Shown in pieces: positions 12,556 through 23,362 of a stretch of DNA of 64,000 nucleotides. A program made the position numbers and the translations under genes. Numbering within the stretch: the first letter of the stretch is position 1; every line of letters starts with the position of its first letter. Source of the DNA: Eutreptiella sp. 'Long Island Sound 2002'. Its lineage: Eukaryota; Protista; Euglenida. The stretch lies in contig OZ038379.1 of the NCBI GenBank assembly GCA_964036045.1, positions 7,440,001-7,504,000 on the forward strand. Reading direction: 5' to 3'. The notes under the pieces were generated by a model that saw only the letters and a list, made by a program, of their open reading frames with translations, did not search any database and was not told where the DNA came from.

Positions 12556-13959
12556 CATGAAATGTCGAAGTCCTTGTTGCGAGGAACCACGTCTCCTAGT
12601 GCTCCGGATTGGGCAAGCCTATTATTCTAGATCAATGCCCACCATGTATGCGGAATTCGAGAATTATTGTAGCTACATCTCGATGGCCGAGTTTCCTAAG
12701 AGGCGAAGCACGTCAACACGTAGAAATCATTAGGAAGCTATAGCCTCTATTATGAGCCGTCACGCAAGGAGCTACACTCGCTACAGTAGTTACATTAGGA
12801 ACCCTTGTTATTTAGGTCCCTCTCGTGGACGTTCTACGAAATCTATACACGAAGAAGGCAATATCCATGGGAAGGGTTACCGGCCTGAATTGTTATGCAA
12901 AGGAAAGGGTTGCATCTCAATAGTCCCAGTTGGTGAGGCCTTTTTGTGTGATATTTTGGATGTGATCACCCAAACCGGAAAAACGTCAAGAGGCAAAGGA
13001 ACAGATGCTGGCTATCCTTGTGGCTAGGATGGTTGAGCATACGTAGCACGTACAAAAATATAGGCGCAAAGGAAGGCGTGTAACGCTTAAAGATTGAGAA
13101 ACAACCCATTTGTGGGTCGGGAAACACTGGATGATGCAATGCACAAAGCACTCACTCATCTGTTTCAGCTTTTTGCTAGTTGAACGCTTTCTCTTTGGGT
13201 TTTGCAACAACTTGACCCCCCTTGTTTTGGTGTTGTGATTGTTGGACCTTCGTTGGCTCCCCTTGTGTCTTCATTCACTTGGAAGACAGCCCAAAGTAGT
13301 GACAAAAGTTTCGATATGCAGCACTCCTGCGATGAATTATTTCCGGATTTCCCGATATCGATTACTTCGTGTGAAAATGCAACTTATGTTCGACAGCACA
13401 TCTAGCAAATAAATTTTCAATCGGAGAAAAAATTGGCATGCCTTCCGAATAACAAAATTTACCTGAGTAGTTGTTCTGTGCAGGCCGCGCACGCGACTCG
13501 AGTACCGTTACTTTTGGTTCACTACCACGTGTAAATCACCGTTCAGCATCTTTGTTTTTCAATATATATATCTATATATATATATACATATATATCTTTT
13601 TATTATTAGTATTTATGTACATTTTTGTGTTGTTCGTCATGGTAATTAATTGGCCATGAATTGGGAATTTAGCATGCATGGCTTCATGCATGGGCGTGAC
13701 ACATTCTTTGGCATCTTCACACAACTTGACACATGTGGATGCGCCAAGTGGCGGTTGCTGACACGCAATTTCAACCCATTTTGAGGAAAATGTCAACATT
13801 AGACAACGGGAATGCATTTGTTTATTATTTAGTCGTGTTGACACTGCAAATTGAGTTGACCAATATGCCGCAAACATGCAGATCAAGACCCGCCTTTCAA
13901 GTATTACACCTTCTCTTCGGGGACTAGGCGATGTGATCCCCCCTGGATTAGAGTGGTGG

Positions 13960-14159
13960 NNNNNNNNNNNNNNNNNNNNNNNNNNNNNNNNNNNNNNNNN
14001 NNNNNNNNNNNNNNNNNNNNNNNNNNNNNNNNNNNNNNNNNNNNNNNNNNNNNNNNNNNNNNNNNNNNNNNNNNNNNNNNNNNNNNNNNNNNNNNNNNNN
14101 NNNNNNNNNNNNNNNNNNNNNNNNNNNNNNNNNNNNNNNNNNNNNNNNNNNNNNNNNNN
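13960..14159. other. Assembly gap (200 N)
   Basis: Run of N; the round length suggests a scaffolding placeholder. Confidence 0.99.
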
Positions 14160-17100
14160 GACAAGTCTCAAGACTTAGGTTGCATTGGTAACATAGGCAG
14201 CGCAAAGCAAAACACAAATTCAACATGCATAGAAGACACCACCCCCTGCCATGATGCCGCGATGATCATTGCCAAGTGATCATTGTTGCCGGCACCACTT
14301 GGCACGCCTTTCCGTGATCTTTTCCAGCAAAGGCGGTACCGCACGCTCGTGTCCGATTTAACAGGAGGCCACGGATATCCCCGGATTCCACAACAGCCAC
14401 AAACGGACACCCATTGGCTTCACATCTTGCGCCTGAGCGGGGGCGGGACCGGTGATGTGCAATATGCCGCAGACACAGCTTTGGCCGTTTTCGGATGGCG
14501 GTAGTTGTATTGTTTTCAGGCGTTTCGGCCGTTTTTGCACAGCGTTATTTGGATTAATTTTTGGCGATCTTAGCCATTTTCGGACACCGCTGTTAGCCCA
14601 CCATTTTCTCGAGGGGTGGCAGGTCATGGCAGCAATTCATTAAGAATTTTTTTGTGGGGGAGGGGCAGAGTTTTGCTTAACAACTCAGCATCTCCTTGGG
14701 GGGGGGGGGGGGCTAACACCCCTCCCTCTCGGACCCGATTTGACCAACACCCATGATTTCATGATCTTCGAGCTTTGCAACTTGCATATCTGTTCATAAG
14801 AAGCATCAACATTGCGAGCACATATTCAAATTTCGTCCCAAAAAAGTTGCCTTTATACGCGTAGTCATGTGGTACCTGGCTTTTGCGGTTAATAGTGCCG
14901 TCAAAGCGTTAGGAGGTTGATTTTTTTGACAGGCAGCATCTGACAAACCTACAGAAGCCAGTGATGCGATTTGAAACATTGTGGGAAAAAAGTGAAATGT
15001 ACAACAGGAAATATTGATTTGGGCTAATTTTTTTGGTACACAAACTGTTGGACTTTTGGGTTCCAGACCCCCCGCGCCCCCTTTTAAGCAAAACTCAGGG
15101 GAGGGGGTCAAAAGAACCCCCCAAAAACGTGGTAGACCTCAAAAGCATCGGCAAGCAACGCCAATGCGCACACTCGGCACTGAGCAAAGGGAAGAGGGTG
15201 GGGGACGGTTCTGGGCCGGGGGGGGGAGACCACAAATACCAGAGGTCTTCGAAGGAACCCCCTGTCTCTCAGTCGCACACCCGCTCTTCTCAGGCGAAGA
15301 ATGGAGCCGGCGGATGCACAGCCCACGTGCAAATCCGTGGTGGAGGAGGACTGACCCTGGGGTCCTGGAAGAGGGGTTACAGTTGGCGATGGGACATGCG
15401 AGCGGAGCAAGCAGGCGGTACCAATTCGGAACGGCTTGCAGTCCATGCTACAGGAGGCGGATCGTGAAGATGGCTGCTCATAGGAAGCCACTCTGCGTCG
15501 AAACCTGAAGGACCGCACCAGAAAGGCGCACACGGGGGCAGCGTACAAATTCTTGGGGCACAGTGCAGAGCTGCGCAGGGGCGCAGGGTGGGACCGCGAA
15601 GGGGCGCAGGGCAAGGTGGCGCAAGGGCGCAGCATGGGGTTGCGCAGGGGTGCAGCAATGGGCACGGCATGACCTTCAGAAAGAGGGCCAGAAAGAGAGG
15701 GGGCTGATGTACAGGCATCTGCTGGAGATGGTGTAAAGGCCAGGGATGTATTAGAACGACCGTTTACCGTCGGAGGAGGGGGGATCCCCCCCCCCCCCGG
15801 CTGGACCCCTCTCCCCCCCCCCCCCGCCCCTCCTCCCGTTCCACTGTTTGAGGCAGAATTTTCTTCTGCGCCTTTGGTGCAACAGGATTTAAGCTTAAAA
15901 ATTTTTTTCTGGCACCTTTGACGCCGGGGTCAGGGGGACCATACAAGGATCCAGTATATCCAATACATCTCTGGTAGAGGCCCCCCGGGTGCACCTAGGG
16001 TTGGTCGTGCTTTGAGATGACGCTGGATGAAGTCGAAGGCATCGGTATCCACCGCTTGGCAGTCATGGGGCAGCTTGTAGGGGTCCTGGAGCACGTCGAC
16101 TGTACGATCACCTCAGCCCCAGAGACCCCGTGCTTTGCGGAGACGAATACCTGCCGTGGGCGTGGGTTCCTCTGGGCTTTGATGTTCACTGGCGCTTAGC
16201 CACGATGGAGATGGCGGCCGCGGAGTACGTCCGCACCCCGTCCCCCCTTTACAGACCCCCACACCTTCGTCAAAGGCTGTCTTCAATTGGTTGATTTTTT
16301 TTTACCATTTTAGGCGGGTGCCCAGAATTTTGCTTCACAACTCAACATCTCGCGGGTGGGGGGTGGGGTGGGGGGGATCTAACACCCCCCCCAAAGCCCC
16401 CGGTAAGTGATTGGGCCGCATTGTCCATTGGCCGACAAGGACGGTCAGGGATGGCAATAAGAAGCGCGGGTGGAGATGGGACATGGGAGTGGGTTCGGGC
16501 CCTAGTCCCCTGTCTGCCCTGTCCTGCCACCCCCCCCCCCCCCAATGTACAGCTGCAGTAGTATGGCATTTGTTGGTCTTCTGGGAACGGGGGGTTTCAG
16601 TCGGGTTTGTTGTGCCCCGTCCCATGTGAAGACAAAGGCCTCACAATCCTCTGCGGGGTTGGGGTCCCCCCCGCACAGCTCAGCCCCACCCTTTAGCAAC
16701 GCTCTGCGTGTGCCTCGTGGGTTCATTTGTATGTCTGCGGGAATGCCCTGTTTCGGTTTCACACGTGGCGACTGGGGAGCGGGTTCTGACCCCCGGCTTG
16801 CGTGAACCTGACCGCCCACTTGTGTCACCATTCCCTTGCCCGTGTGGACTCAAATGGAATTAAGAGGGGATTCGAGAATGTCGCCAAAACGCCACAAAGA
16901 ATACGTCACCCTCTTTTGGGCCCCCATGAAGGCAGGGGTGAGGTAGCCACTTCTGATTTAGTTCTACTTTATTGGGGACCACTTCTGAATTTTTGCTCCC
17001 CGCGCTTGGTGTTGGGGATCCCCGAGAATGGGGTGACAAAGCATACCCGCCCTCTTTTGGGCCCCCGAGAAGGCAGGGGTGAGGTAGCCACTTCTGATTT

Positions 17101-18390
17101 TGTTCCCCTTTGTTGGTGACCACTTCTGAATTTTTGCTCCCCGCGCTTGGCGTTGGGGATCCCCGAGAATGCAGGGGCACCATAGCATTTCCGCCCCCTT
17201 TTTGGCCCCCGAGAAGGCAGGGGTGAGGTAGCCACTTCTGATTTTGCTCCCCTTTGTTGGGGACCACTTCTGAATTTTTGCTCCCTGCGCTTGGCGTTGC
17301 AAGGCAAACATATGCTGAGGACGATGGGGGATTGGACTGTCGAACCATAGCCTATTGGGGTGGAGTCTCCGGACTCGAGTCCAAGGGTTGTAGGGATGCG
17401 TCCATGGTACCCGGAGTCTGAGGCATTGCCTTTGCAACTAGGAACAAAATAGAAACAACACCGTTTGTGTGCCTTTCCATAGTAGGTTTCCGTAGTAGTG
17501 ATGCAGTAGCTCATGGTAGGTGGCTGTGTCAAACAAGGTACCCCTCGCCTTTGTCATAGCCACGCCCTTGTCCATGCCACAGTAAGTAGGGACCGTATTT
17601 ATTTCAAACCTACTTGAATTCGGTACCAAATGTAGTGCAGTCACATAAGACATGGTCTTGGTGATGAATATGCCAGATACATAGAGTCATCCTTAATATG
17701 TCTTCTGTTGCAAGGCATACATATGCTGAGGACGATGGGGGATTGGACTGTCGGACCATAGCCTATTGGGGTGGAGTCTCCGGACTCGAGTCCAAGGGTT
17801 GTAGGGATGCGTCCATGGTACCCGGAGTCTATGGCATTGCCTTTGCAACCAAAAACAAAATAGAAACAGCACCTATTTTTTCGGCAGTAAAACGGGTTAC
17901 ATGGCCGAGAAAAACGGGTTAATAGCCCGTTTTCGTGCCGGTAAAACGGGTTACTTGCACGTTTTACATGTAAATAAACGAAATGAATAATATGTAATAC
18001 ATGAACATACATAATACATAATTTAAATAATGGAAAACAATGATTTTGTGAACTAACAAGCGTAGCGTCATGACACAAGAACTTTTGCGGAGTAGCTGCG
18101 GAGTAGCGGCACGAGCAGACAATTGGGTTTACGGTGGGTGCAAAAGTATTGAAATGCCCTCCCTTTAGCATTTACAGCATGAGGGCAAACACCTACGTAC
18201 TATGCAATTGAACTTTATGACACTTGCTACTAACATCGGTGCTTGCACTCCATCATTTTGCGTTGATTCCAAAGCACAATATGCGGGTGAGACACATGCA
18301 GCCCATCCATGTCCTCAAAGCTTCATGATGCGTGACACTCGGATGGTTTATGTTCATCCTTGCTTCAAGAGACAAATACAAAACCTTAAG
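14160..18390 (-). repeat. Right arm of long inverted duplication
   Basis: Reverse complement of 1-4218 with only a handful of substitutions (near left-arm positions 280, 1515, 2123, 2837, 3810) and homopolymer length changes. Starts exactly at the end of the N gap. Confidence 0.97.
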
Positions 18391-18967
18391 CTTAACCCTA
18401 GTGCATGCACGAAACAATACTAAACAATGCTTGCCTCGGCTCACTGGCCTGTTCAGTTGCCACCGTAGTGGCCAGTATAACATCGTTGTGACCGACAGCG
18501 TTCGCCTCCCCGCAGGGGACCCGACCAATACCCACACGTTCACGCACTCACTCACCCGCGTATTCTGTCATGTCCCGCCGACGAAAGCAAAGATACATTC
18601 AACATACAGTGCCCCGTCCCTGCCCATCATAGCTGGTCATGCGCGGATGTAACTCAATCGCGGCAGGGGGTGGGTGGGTGGGGTCAGAGCAGGCCACCCT
18701 CTCACCTTCAAACCCCCCCCCCTGCGCCCACTACTGTCGCTCTTAAGCTGGACATCCCACCGCTCCCACTCCACAAAACAGCTATGAAGTGTGGCAGAAA
18801 CCCGCCCCGATTAGTGGCAGGGGGTGGGGGGGGGGGGGAACAAACTGACAAATGCCTAATGAAGAGGTAATTAAGTTAAACCAGTGTTTTGAGCAAGCTC
18901 AAAACACGAGTTTAACCCTAGTGCATGCACGAAACAATACTAAACAATGCTTGCCTCGGCTCACTGG
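18391..18967 (-). repeat. 3' split-direct-repeat block: B2 18391-18447, A2 18836-18910, B1 18911-18967
   Basis: B copies are 57 bp with 1 mismatch. A2 (75 bp) matches A1 at 23363-23437 with 1 mismatch. Confidence 0.93.
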
Positions 18968-19018
18968 AAAGCTTTACCAGGCTGGCTTCTGACACCCGCG
19001 GCGCGACCCAGGTGGGCG

Positions 19019-22000
19019 TCATACATAAGCTAGGCCTTGCACCCAGCAGAGTTCAGGATACTTCTGCAATACTCGCCATCTCTCCCACGCCTCCAACTCA
19101 GCTTGGTGCACCCGCCCCCCGAAATCCATGTCCACTCGACTCATTGGATCGGCAGGATGAAGCTCTGACGGCACCCAAATTAGACGTACTATCACTCCTG
19201 TGTTATACAGCACCCACGTCAGTGCGCGCAACACACGCAACTGGGTACGCAGATGGGATGCTGCCTTCAAACCCCTCACCTGAGCAATGCCCACCATACT
19301 GTCGGCGAAGACAGTGAAAACCTTCCAACCCAACCGCACCGCCAATCTCACCGCCCACGCTATGCCCATGAGCTCCGCCACCTGCTGGTTACAGGGTCCG
19401 TCCGGGCATACCCATGTTCGCACAGACTGGTTAGCAGGCAACACACCACCCACCCTGTAGCAAACACCGTCTTTGGCGGCATCCACCAATATCACAGCCC
19501 CAAACAAATCGCCTCTAGATGCCGGCCTTTCAGAGAGGCACCAACCTCCCAGCTGCCATACCCTTCGCATGCGCGACTCCGACAGCGGTCTCCACTTCTG
19601 GCCTATGCGCGCAATTGCTGTCGCCAATCCCTCCAACACTTTAACAGGGGTGGCTGGCGCCCTTTCCGGTCCAAATCTCGACCAGGCATACGCTCCTGCG
19701 AGCACCCCTGAAAACCCGCGTCGTGGCCGCAAATGCCACTGCAGGGTACCCAGCAGCTTGTCCAGCCGCCGCTTCGAGTACCCCCCCGTGGCCAGTCGCA
19801 ACCACGCAACCAGGAACTGGAGGAACACAAAAGGCTGCACTTGGATGGAACGTTCTTTCAAATCAACCACCTTCCCCAAGGCCTGTAGCTTCTGGACGGG
19901 GCTCAGTGTGCTCTTAGCACTAACCAAGAATCCCGCCCGCACGATACGATCTTTCAAGTGACTCGTGGTTGTCCCAAGCAGGGGTTTGTCGCTGGATAAC
20001 AAAATAAAGTCATCCAAGTAATGCACCAAAAAGACCCCATCCGGCACTGCATCTCCCACCACCCGCCCCAATATCTCCTGACACAGATAGGGCGAAAAGG
20101 CCCACCCAAACGGGAGGCGGTCCAGCGACACGAGCCCCCCCTTCTGGTGGGTAAAGAAGCGGAAAATTCGCCTCGCTTTTCTGGGTAACAGGAACGACCA
20201 GAAGGCATTAGAGAGGTCGATATGAGTACCGTACAGTTCCACCCCAGCCGGCTGCTCCGCCATCCATCTACCTATTCCCTCCCAAGACGCTAGTGAAAAC
20301 TTTGGTGGCTTGAGATGCAATCCCCTGTGAATACCCACGCAACTTAAAATCAAGGAGCACTTAATATCATTTTTGGGTATTACAAAAGGAAAACAGGTTG
20401 GCGGTAGAGAGGGTGATTCATCATGTAAAACACCAGTCCTTCGAATGGCGTCCGTCATTCCACTCACCGTTGCTCGCACCCTCCCATTTCCCCTGTCAGC
20501 CTCCCGCAGATCAAAAGTTCTCATGAATTCCAAAAACTCCGGGGGCACCGCAGCATCCCATTCCGCTTCAGACATCGCATAGCACCCCACATTACCTATA
20601 CCAGCCTCCAAAATCTCCGGGGTGACCTTCGCTTCCCTAGGCTTGGGAGAGGTGGAGAGGTGATTAACAGAATCCCAAACCCCTGGCGAGAGGTACTGTA
20701 CTGCCATCAGGCAAATCCCCAGTGGCTCATCCAACCGAAAGTCCTCACAAACAGAAATAATGTGATTCAACAGTATCCACAGACGACGCACCAGAACCCC
20801 TACTGCACACTGTAGCCTACACTTGAGCCACCAGAAGTGTTGGGTCAGCACAGCCATGATGGTCAGGAGAATTCCACCTTTAAGATGCAGGCCAGCCTCC
20901 GTGCCCACCCAACCCCCCAGAATCCCAGGCACTCTCAAGGGGGAGCCCAGGGGCTGGTCACCGTTGCTGGCGAGCCCCCCCCCTGGTGCTGCCGGCTCCA
21001 CTGGGTAGAGTCCTGGATCGCTTCCGTCCCGGTCCGGACTCTCCATCGCTGTGCCGCGGTCGTCGTGTAGCTCCCGCCACCCTTGTGGTAACCGGGCGTC
21101 TCGTTGAAGGCGTCGCCACCGCCACCGCCGCGCCACCCTTCCGGCCTGCTGGTACTGAAAGGGCTCTGCCACCCACCGTACGCTTGACTCCTCGGTGCCC
21201 TCGGGCAGGCTCAGCGGCTGACCGCCATGGCCCCGACTTCGTTGGCGCCTTTGGTCGTCCCGGCGGCGGCGCCGTGAATCTGAACTTTGCCCTCTCTCCT
21301 CCATTGCCGGGCACTTGCTGCCCAGCACTCGCTGCATCGCTGGCATCCGATCCCCCGCTGGGGAGTGGACCGGCAGGACCCGCAAGTCCCCGCTCAGCGA
21401 CACCTGGCCTCCCCATCGTCGGTCCTGCTCTTGAACTCCTTCTTGCCTCTGGCGCTGGAACAACCTCTGCAGTCCTCCGGACACCCGAACGCACACTCGG
21501 CCCATCATCGGCCGATACTCCTGATCCCGTGTCCTCCGATGAACTGCCCAAGTCTGCCGCATCAGATCTCGGTTCCCCTGCAAATCTCTTACCCCTGAAC
21601 ATACTGGGCGCTGCTCGGCGTCGCTCGCTCCGGCCCCACACCGGCCGGTTTTTGTCCTGATGCCGCTCATCGAACATGATGTCTCCCCATACTTGCTGCG
21701 GATCCGCGAAAGCTGCCGCTGATACGGAACCCCAAACCTGTGGTAGACAAAGCGGGGCCACAACCTCTTCATCTCGGTACCCAAGCGCATACGCCATTGC
21801 CGTCGCCGTTGCTGCCCATCTGCCCCACCATTTAAAATGAGGCAGGGCCGGTCCTCTCTTCCAGCACGCTGCAGCTCCTCCACGTCGGAAACAGTGCCAC
21901 CGATGTCGGGACCATGCCGTCCCACGCACCAAGTCCGCCATTGTTTTCTCGAGCTGAGGAGCCCCTGCAGGAAAGAGCAAGTCGTCCCTGGCGCACCCTC

Positions 22001-22348
22001 GTCCCTCAGCCCAGTCGTGAAGCCACTCAACAAACGGCCTGACCCAAGGAGGCACCGGCCTCCTCTGCCACCCTTCATGTCCTGTCTTACTATTCCAAAA
22101 AACCAAATAACTGCTGTCACGTACATCCCCAACACGTACGCTAGCAGCCTCCGCCACTCTAAGAAAACAAACATATGACACCAGGGCCATTGCCACGACC
22201 GCCCTTTCGCCATCCGAAGTCGTTCTATCCACCAAATGACGCAGCAGTACAGGACTTGCATATTCTTGGACTCCCGCTTGGGCCCCCGCTTTAGCAAGCC
22301 GCCAATGCAGTGGTTTGACGACCCCTGCAACCATTTGGAGGTCTTCAC
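19019..22348 (-). CDS. Reverse transcriptase / RNase H (probable functional start at ATG 20857; upstream part overlaps YR)
   Basis: RT motifs DLSNAF, LPFGW, YLDD. RNase H residues VDAA, AELM, FADS, WVPSELHPAD. Confidence 0.93.
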   Translation of the reverse strand: MKTSKWLQGSSNHCIGGLLKRGPKRESKNMQVLYCCVIWWIERLRMAKGRSWQWPWCHMFVFLEWRRLLAYVLGMYVTAVIWFFGIVRQDMKGGRGGRCLLGSGRLLSGFTTGLRDEGAPGTTCSFLQGLLSSRKQWRTWCVGRHGPDIGGTVSDVEELQRAGREDRPCLILNGGADGQQRRRQWRMRLGTEMKRLWPRFVYHRFGVPYQRQLSRIRSKYGETSCSMSGIRTKTGRCGAGASDAEQRPVCSGVRDLQGNRDLMRQTWAVHRRTRDQEYRPMMGRVCVRVSGGLQRLFQRQRQEGVQEQDRRWGGQVSLSGDLRVLPVHSPAGDRMPAMQRVLGSKCPAMEERGQSSDSRRRRRDDQRRQRSRGHGGQPLSLPEGTEESSVRWVAEPFQYQQAGRVARRWRWRRLQRDARLPQGWRELHDDRGTAMESPDRDGSDPGLYPVEPAAPGGGLASNGDQPLGSPLRVPGILGGWVGTEAGLHLKGGILLTIMAVLTQHFWWLKCRLQCAVGVLVRRLWILLNHIISVCEDFRLDEPLGICLMAVQYLSPGVWDSVNHLSTSPKPREAKVTPEILEAGIGNVGCYAMSEAEWDAAVPPEFLEFMRTFDLREADRGNGRVRATVSGMTDAIRRTGVLHDESPSLPPTCFPFVIPKNDIKCSLILSCVGIHRGLHLKPPKFSLASWEGIGRWMAEQPAGVELYGTHIDLSNAFWSFLLPRKARRIFRFFTHQKGGLVSLDRLPFGWAFSPYLCQEILGRVVGDAVPDGVFLVHYLDDFILLSSDKPLLGTTTSHLKDRIVRAGFLVSAKSTLSPVQKLQALGKVVDLKERSIQVQPFVFLQFLVAWLRLATGGYSKRRLDKLLGTLQWHLRPRRGFSGVLAGAYAWSRFGPERAPATPVKVLEGLATAIARIGQKWRPLSESRMRRVWQLGGWCLSERPASRGDLFGAVILVDAAKDGVCYRVGGVLPANQSVRTWVCPDGPCNQQVAELMGIAWAVRLAVRLGWKVFTVFADSMVGIAQVRGLKAASHLRTQLRVLRALTWVLYNTGVIVRLIWVPSELHPADPMSRVDMDFGGRVHQAELEAWERWRVLQKYPELCWVQGLAYV

Positions 22349-22676
22349 AAGCCCGCACTACCGAGATGATGCCTCTCGCCCCACTTGAGCTGCCACCATT
22401 TTGAACGTGCTGAGCGAGTTTCCGAGATAGGATGGAAGGCAAGTTGCCCTCTTCTCCCAAGGATTCCTCAAGGTCTCCCAACCTTCGCAAACTGGACGCG
22501 TATCCAGCCGTCGTAGACGGCTTCCAACCCCGAATTGCAACACCCACAGGTGTTGTGGGTTCTTCCTCACGTCGGTGCGACTCAAACTCAAGCGCCAACC
22601 ACCGGTACGTCGGCCTCTGCTCTCCCGGTGGTTCGATCCCCGCGACGGCATCCCGATACCGCCACGGGTTTTCTCG
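20958..22676 (-). CDS. Tyrosine recombinase (in frame with gag, no ATG at its start)
   Basis: Catalytic set R (FLRVAE), K (SKT), HxxR (HCFRRG), W (GRW), Y (MAY). The frame is open from the codon right after the gag TGA. Confidence 0.9.
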   Translation of the reverse strand, partial: RENPWRYRDAVAGIEPPGEQRPTYRWLALEFESHRREEEPTTPVGVAIRGWKPSTTAGYASSLRRLGDLEESLGEEGNLPSILSRKLAQHVQNGGSSSGARGIISVVRACEDLQMVAGVVKPLHWRLAKAGAQAGVQEYASPVLLRHLVDRTTSDGERAVVAMALVSYVCFLRVAEAASVRVGDVRDSSYLVFWNSKTGHEGWQRRPVPPWVRPFVEWLHDWAEGRGCARDDLLFPAGAPQLEKTMADLVRGTAWSRHRWHCFRRGGAAACWKRGPALPHFKWWGRWAATATAMAYALGYRDEEVVAPLCLPQVWGSVSAAAFADPQQVWGDIMFDERHQDKNRPVWGRSERRRAAPSMFRGKRFAGEPRSDAADLGSSSEDTGSGVSADDGPSVRSGVRRTAEVVPAPEARRSSRAGPTMGRPGVAERGLAGPAGPLPSGGSDASDAASAGQQVPGNGGERAKFRFTAPPPGRPKAPTKSGPWRSAAEPARGHRGVKRTVGGRALSVPAGRKGGAAVAVATPSTRRPVTTRVAGATRRPRHSDGESGPGRKRSRTLPSGAGSTRGGARQQR

Positions 22677-23354
22677 TCACGACCACAATGGGCACCGGAA
22701 ACACCAGTACCGCAAGTTCTCCAGCTTTCCCGCCGCCGTGCATCTACGGCAATCTTCGCTGGGTTGTGCGTCCACCGGTATCCAGTCTCCGGCCTTGGAT
22801 AACCAGTAGGCTACCCCGTCCCGTTTCTTGAATTGAATACTCTTGTATCTCCAGGAATCCCCGCCACTCGCCATGGCCTCATCAAAATTTTCCGACTTTC
22901 CTTTGGGCCCCGATGCTTGTCCCGGCGAATACCTCTTCACGTAAGTCGCATGTGCAACAATGAGGACTTTCCACATTCTGTACGCCAACGCATCTCCGAG
23001 ACTTAATTGTTCTCCTTGCTTACCTCCCACGTCTGCTGGCCTACTCGGCTTCGGAACCGCCGTCACATACTGCTTTAATACCGCACATGCATCCTTCATC
23101 CAAACCGTGACTCTTTCCTTCTTCAAAAACTCCTCTATCCCATCCAAGTTGAGGTCCGGGATTTCCGTGTCCTCGCGCTTTTCAATCTCCGTGGCGGCTA
23201 ATTGTACCCTCAAGCGCTCCACCTCCGCATCCTGTCGACGGAGCATGGCCTTCAACTCGGCCAATTCCTTGGCCGTACCCGATTCCGCGTGTGAATCGTC
23301 GGACACAAAAATTGCGTCCTCTTGCATCCCGCTGCTCCCGTGAAGCCCAGACAT
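22677..23354 (-). CDS. Gag-like protein with coiled coil and C-terminal zinc-knuckle-like motif
   Basis: ATG about 9 nt inside A1; coiled-coil-like ELAELKAMLRRQDAEVERLR; terminal CRRC...YWCFRCP; first-ORF position in the element. Confidence 0.75.
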   Translation of the reverse strand: MSGLHGSSGMQEDAIFVSDDSHAESGTAKELAELKAMLRRQDAEVERLRVQLAATEIEKREDTEIPDLNLDGIEEFLKKERVTVWMKDACAVLKQYVTAVPKPSRPADVGGKQGEQLSLGDALAYRMWKVLIVAHATYVKRYSPGQASGPKGKSENFDEAMASGGDSWRYKSIQFKKRDGVAYWLSKAGDWIPVDAQPSEDCRRCTAAGKLENLRYWCFRCPLWS

Positions 23355-23362
23355 GGCAAAAA

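Noticed and set aside
17872-17890. Euglenid spliced-leader exon end (CTATTTTTTCG); also TTTTTTCG near 63296
   Set aside because: The match is too short, the upstream SL sequence is absent and there is no convincing SL intron.
1-18390. Giant TIRs of a Polinton/Maverick or similar large element
   Set aside because: The 9.7-kb interior has no recognisable polymerase, integrase, capsid or ATPase ORF, and the arm abuts a gap.
18448-18835. Hammerhead ribozyme near GACGAAAG in the spacer between B2 and A2
   Set aside because: No CTGANGA core on either strand with suitable stems.
20986-21660. Plus-strand ORFs within the retrotransposon as genes
   Set aside because: Antisense shadows of GC-rich minus-strand coding sequence, with no motifs.
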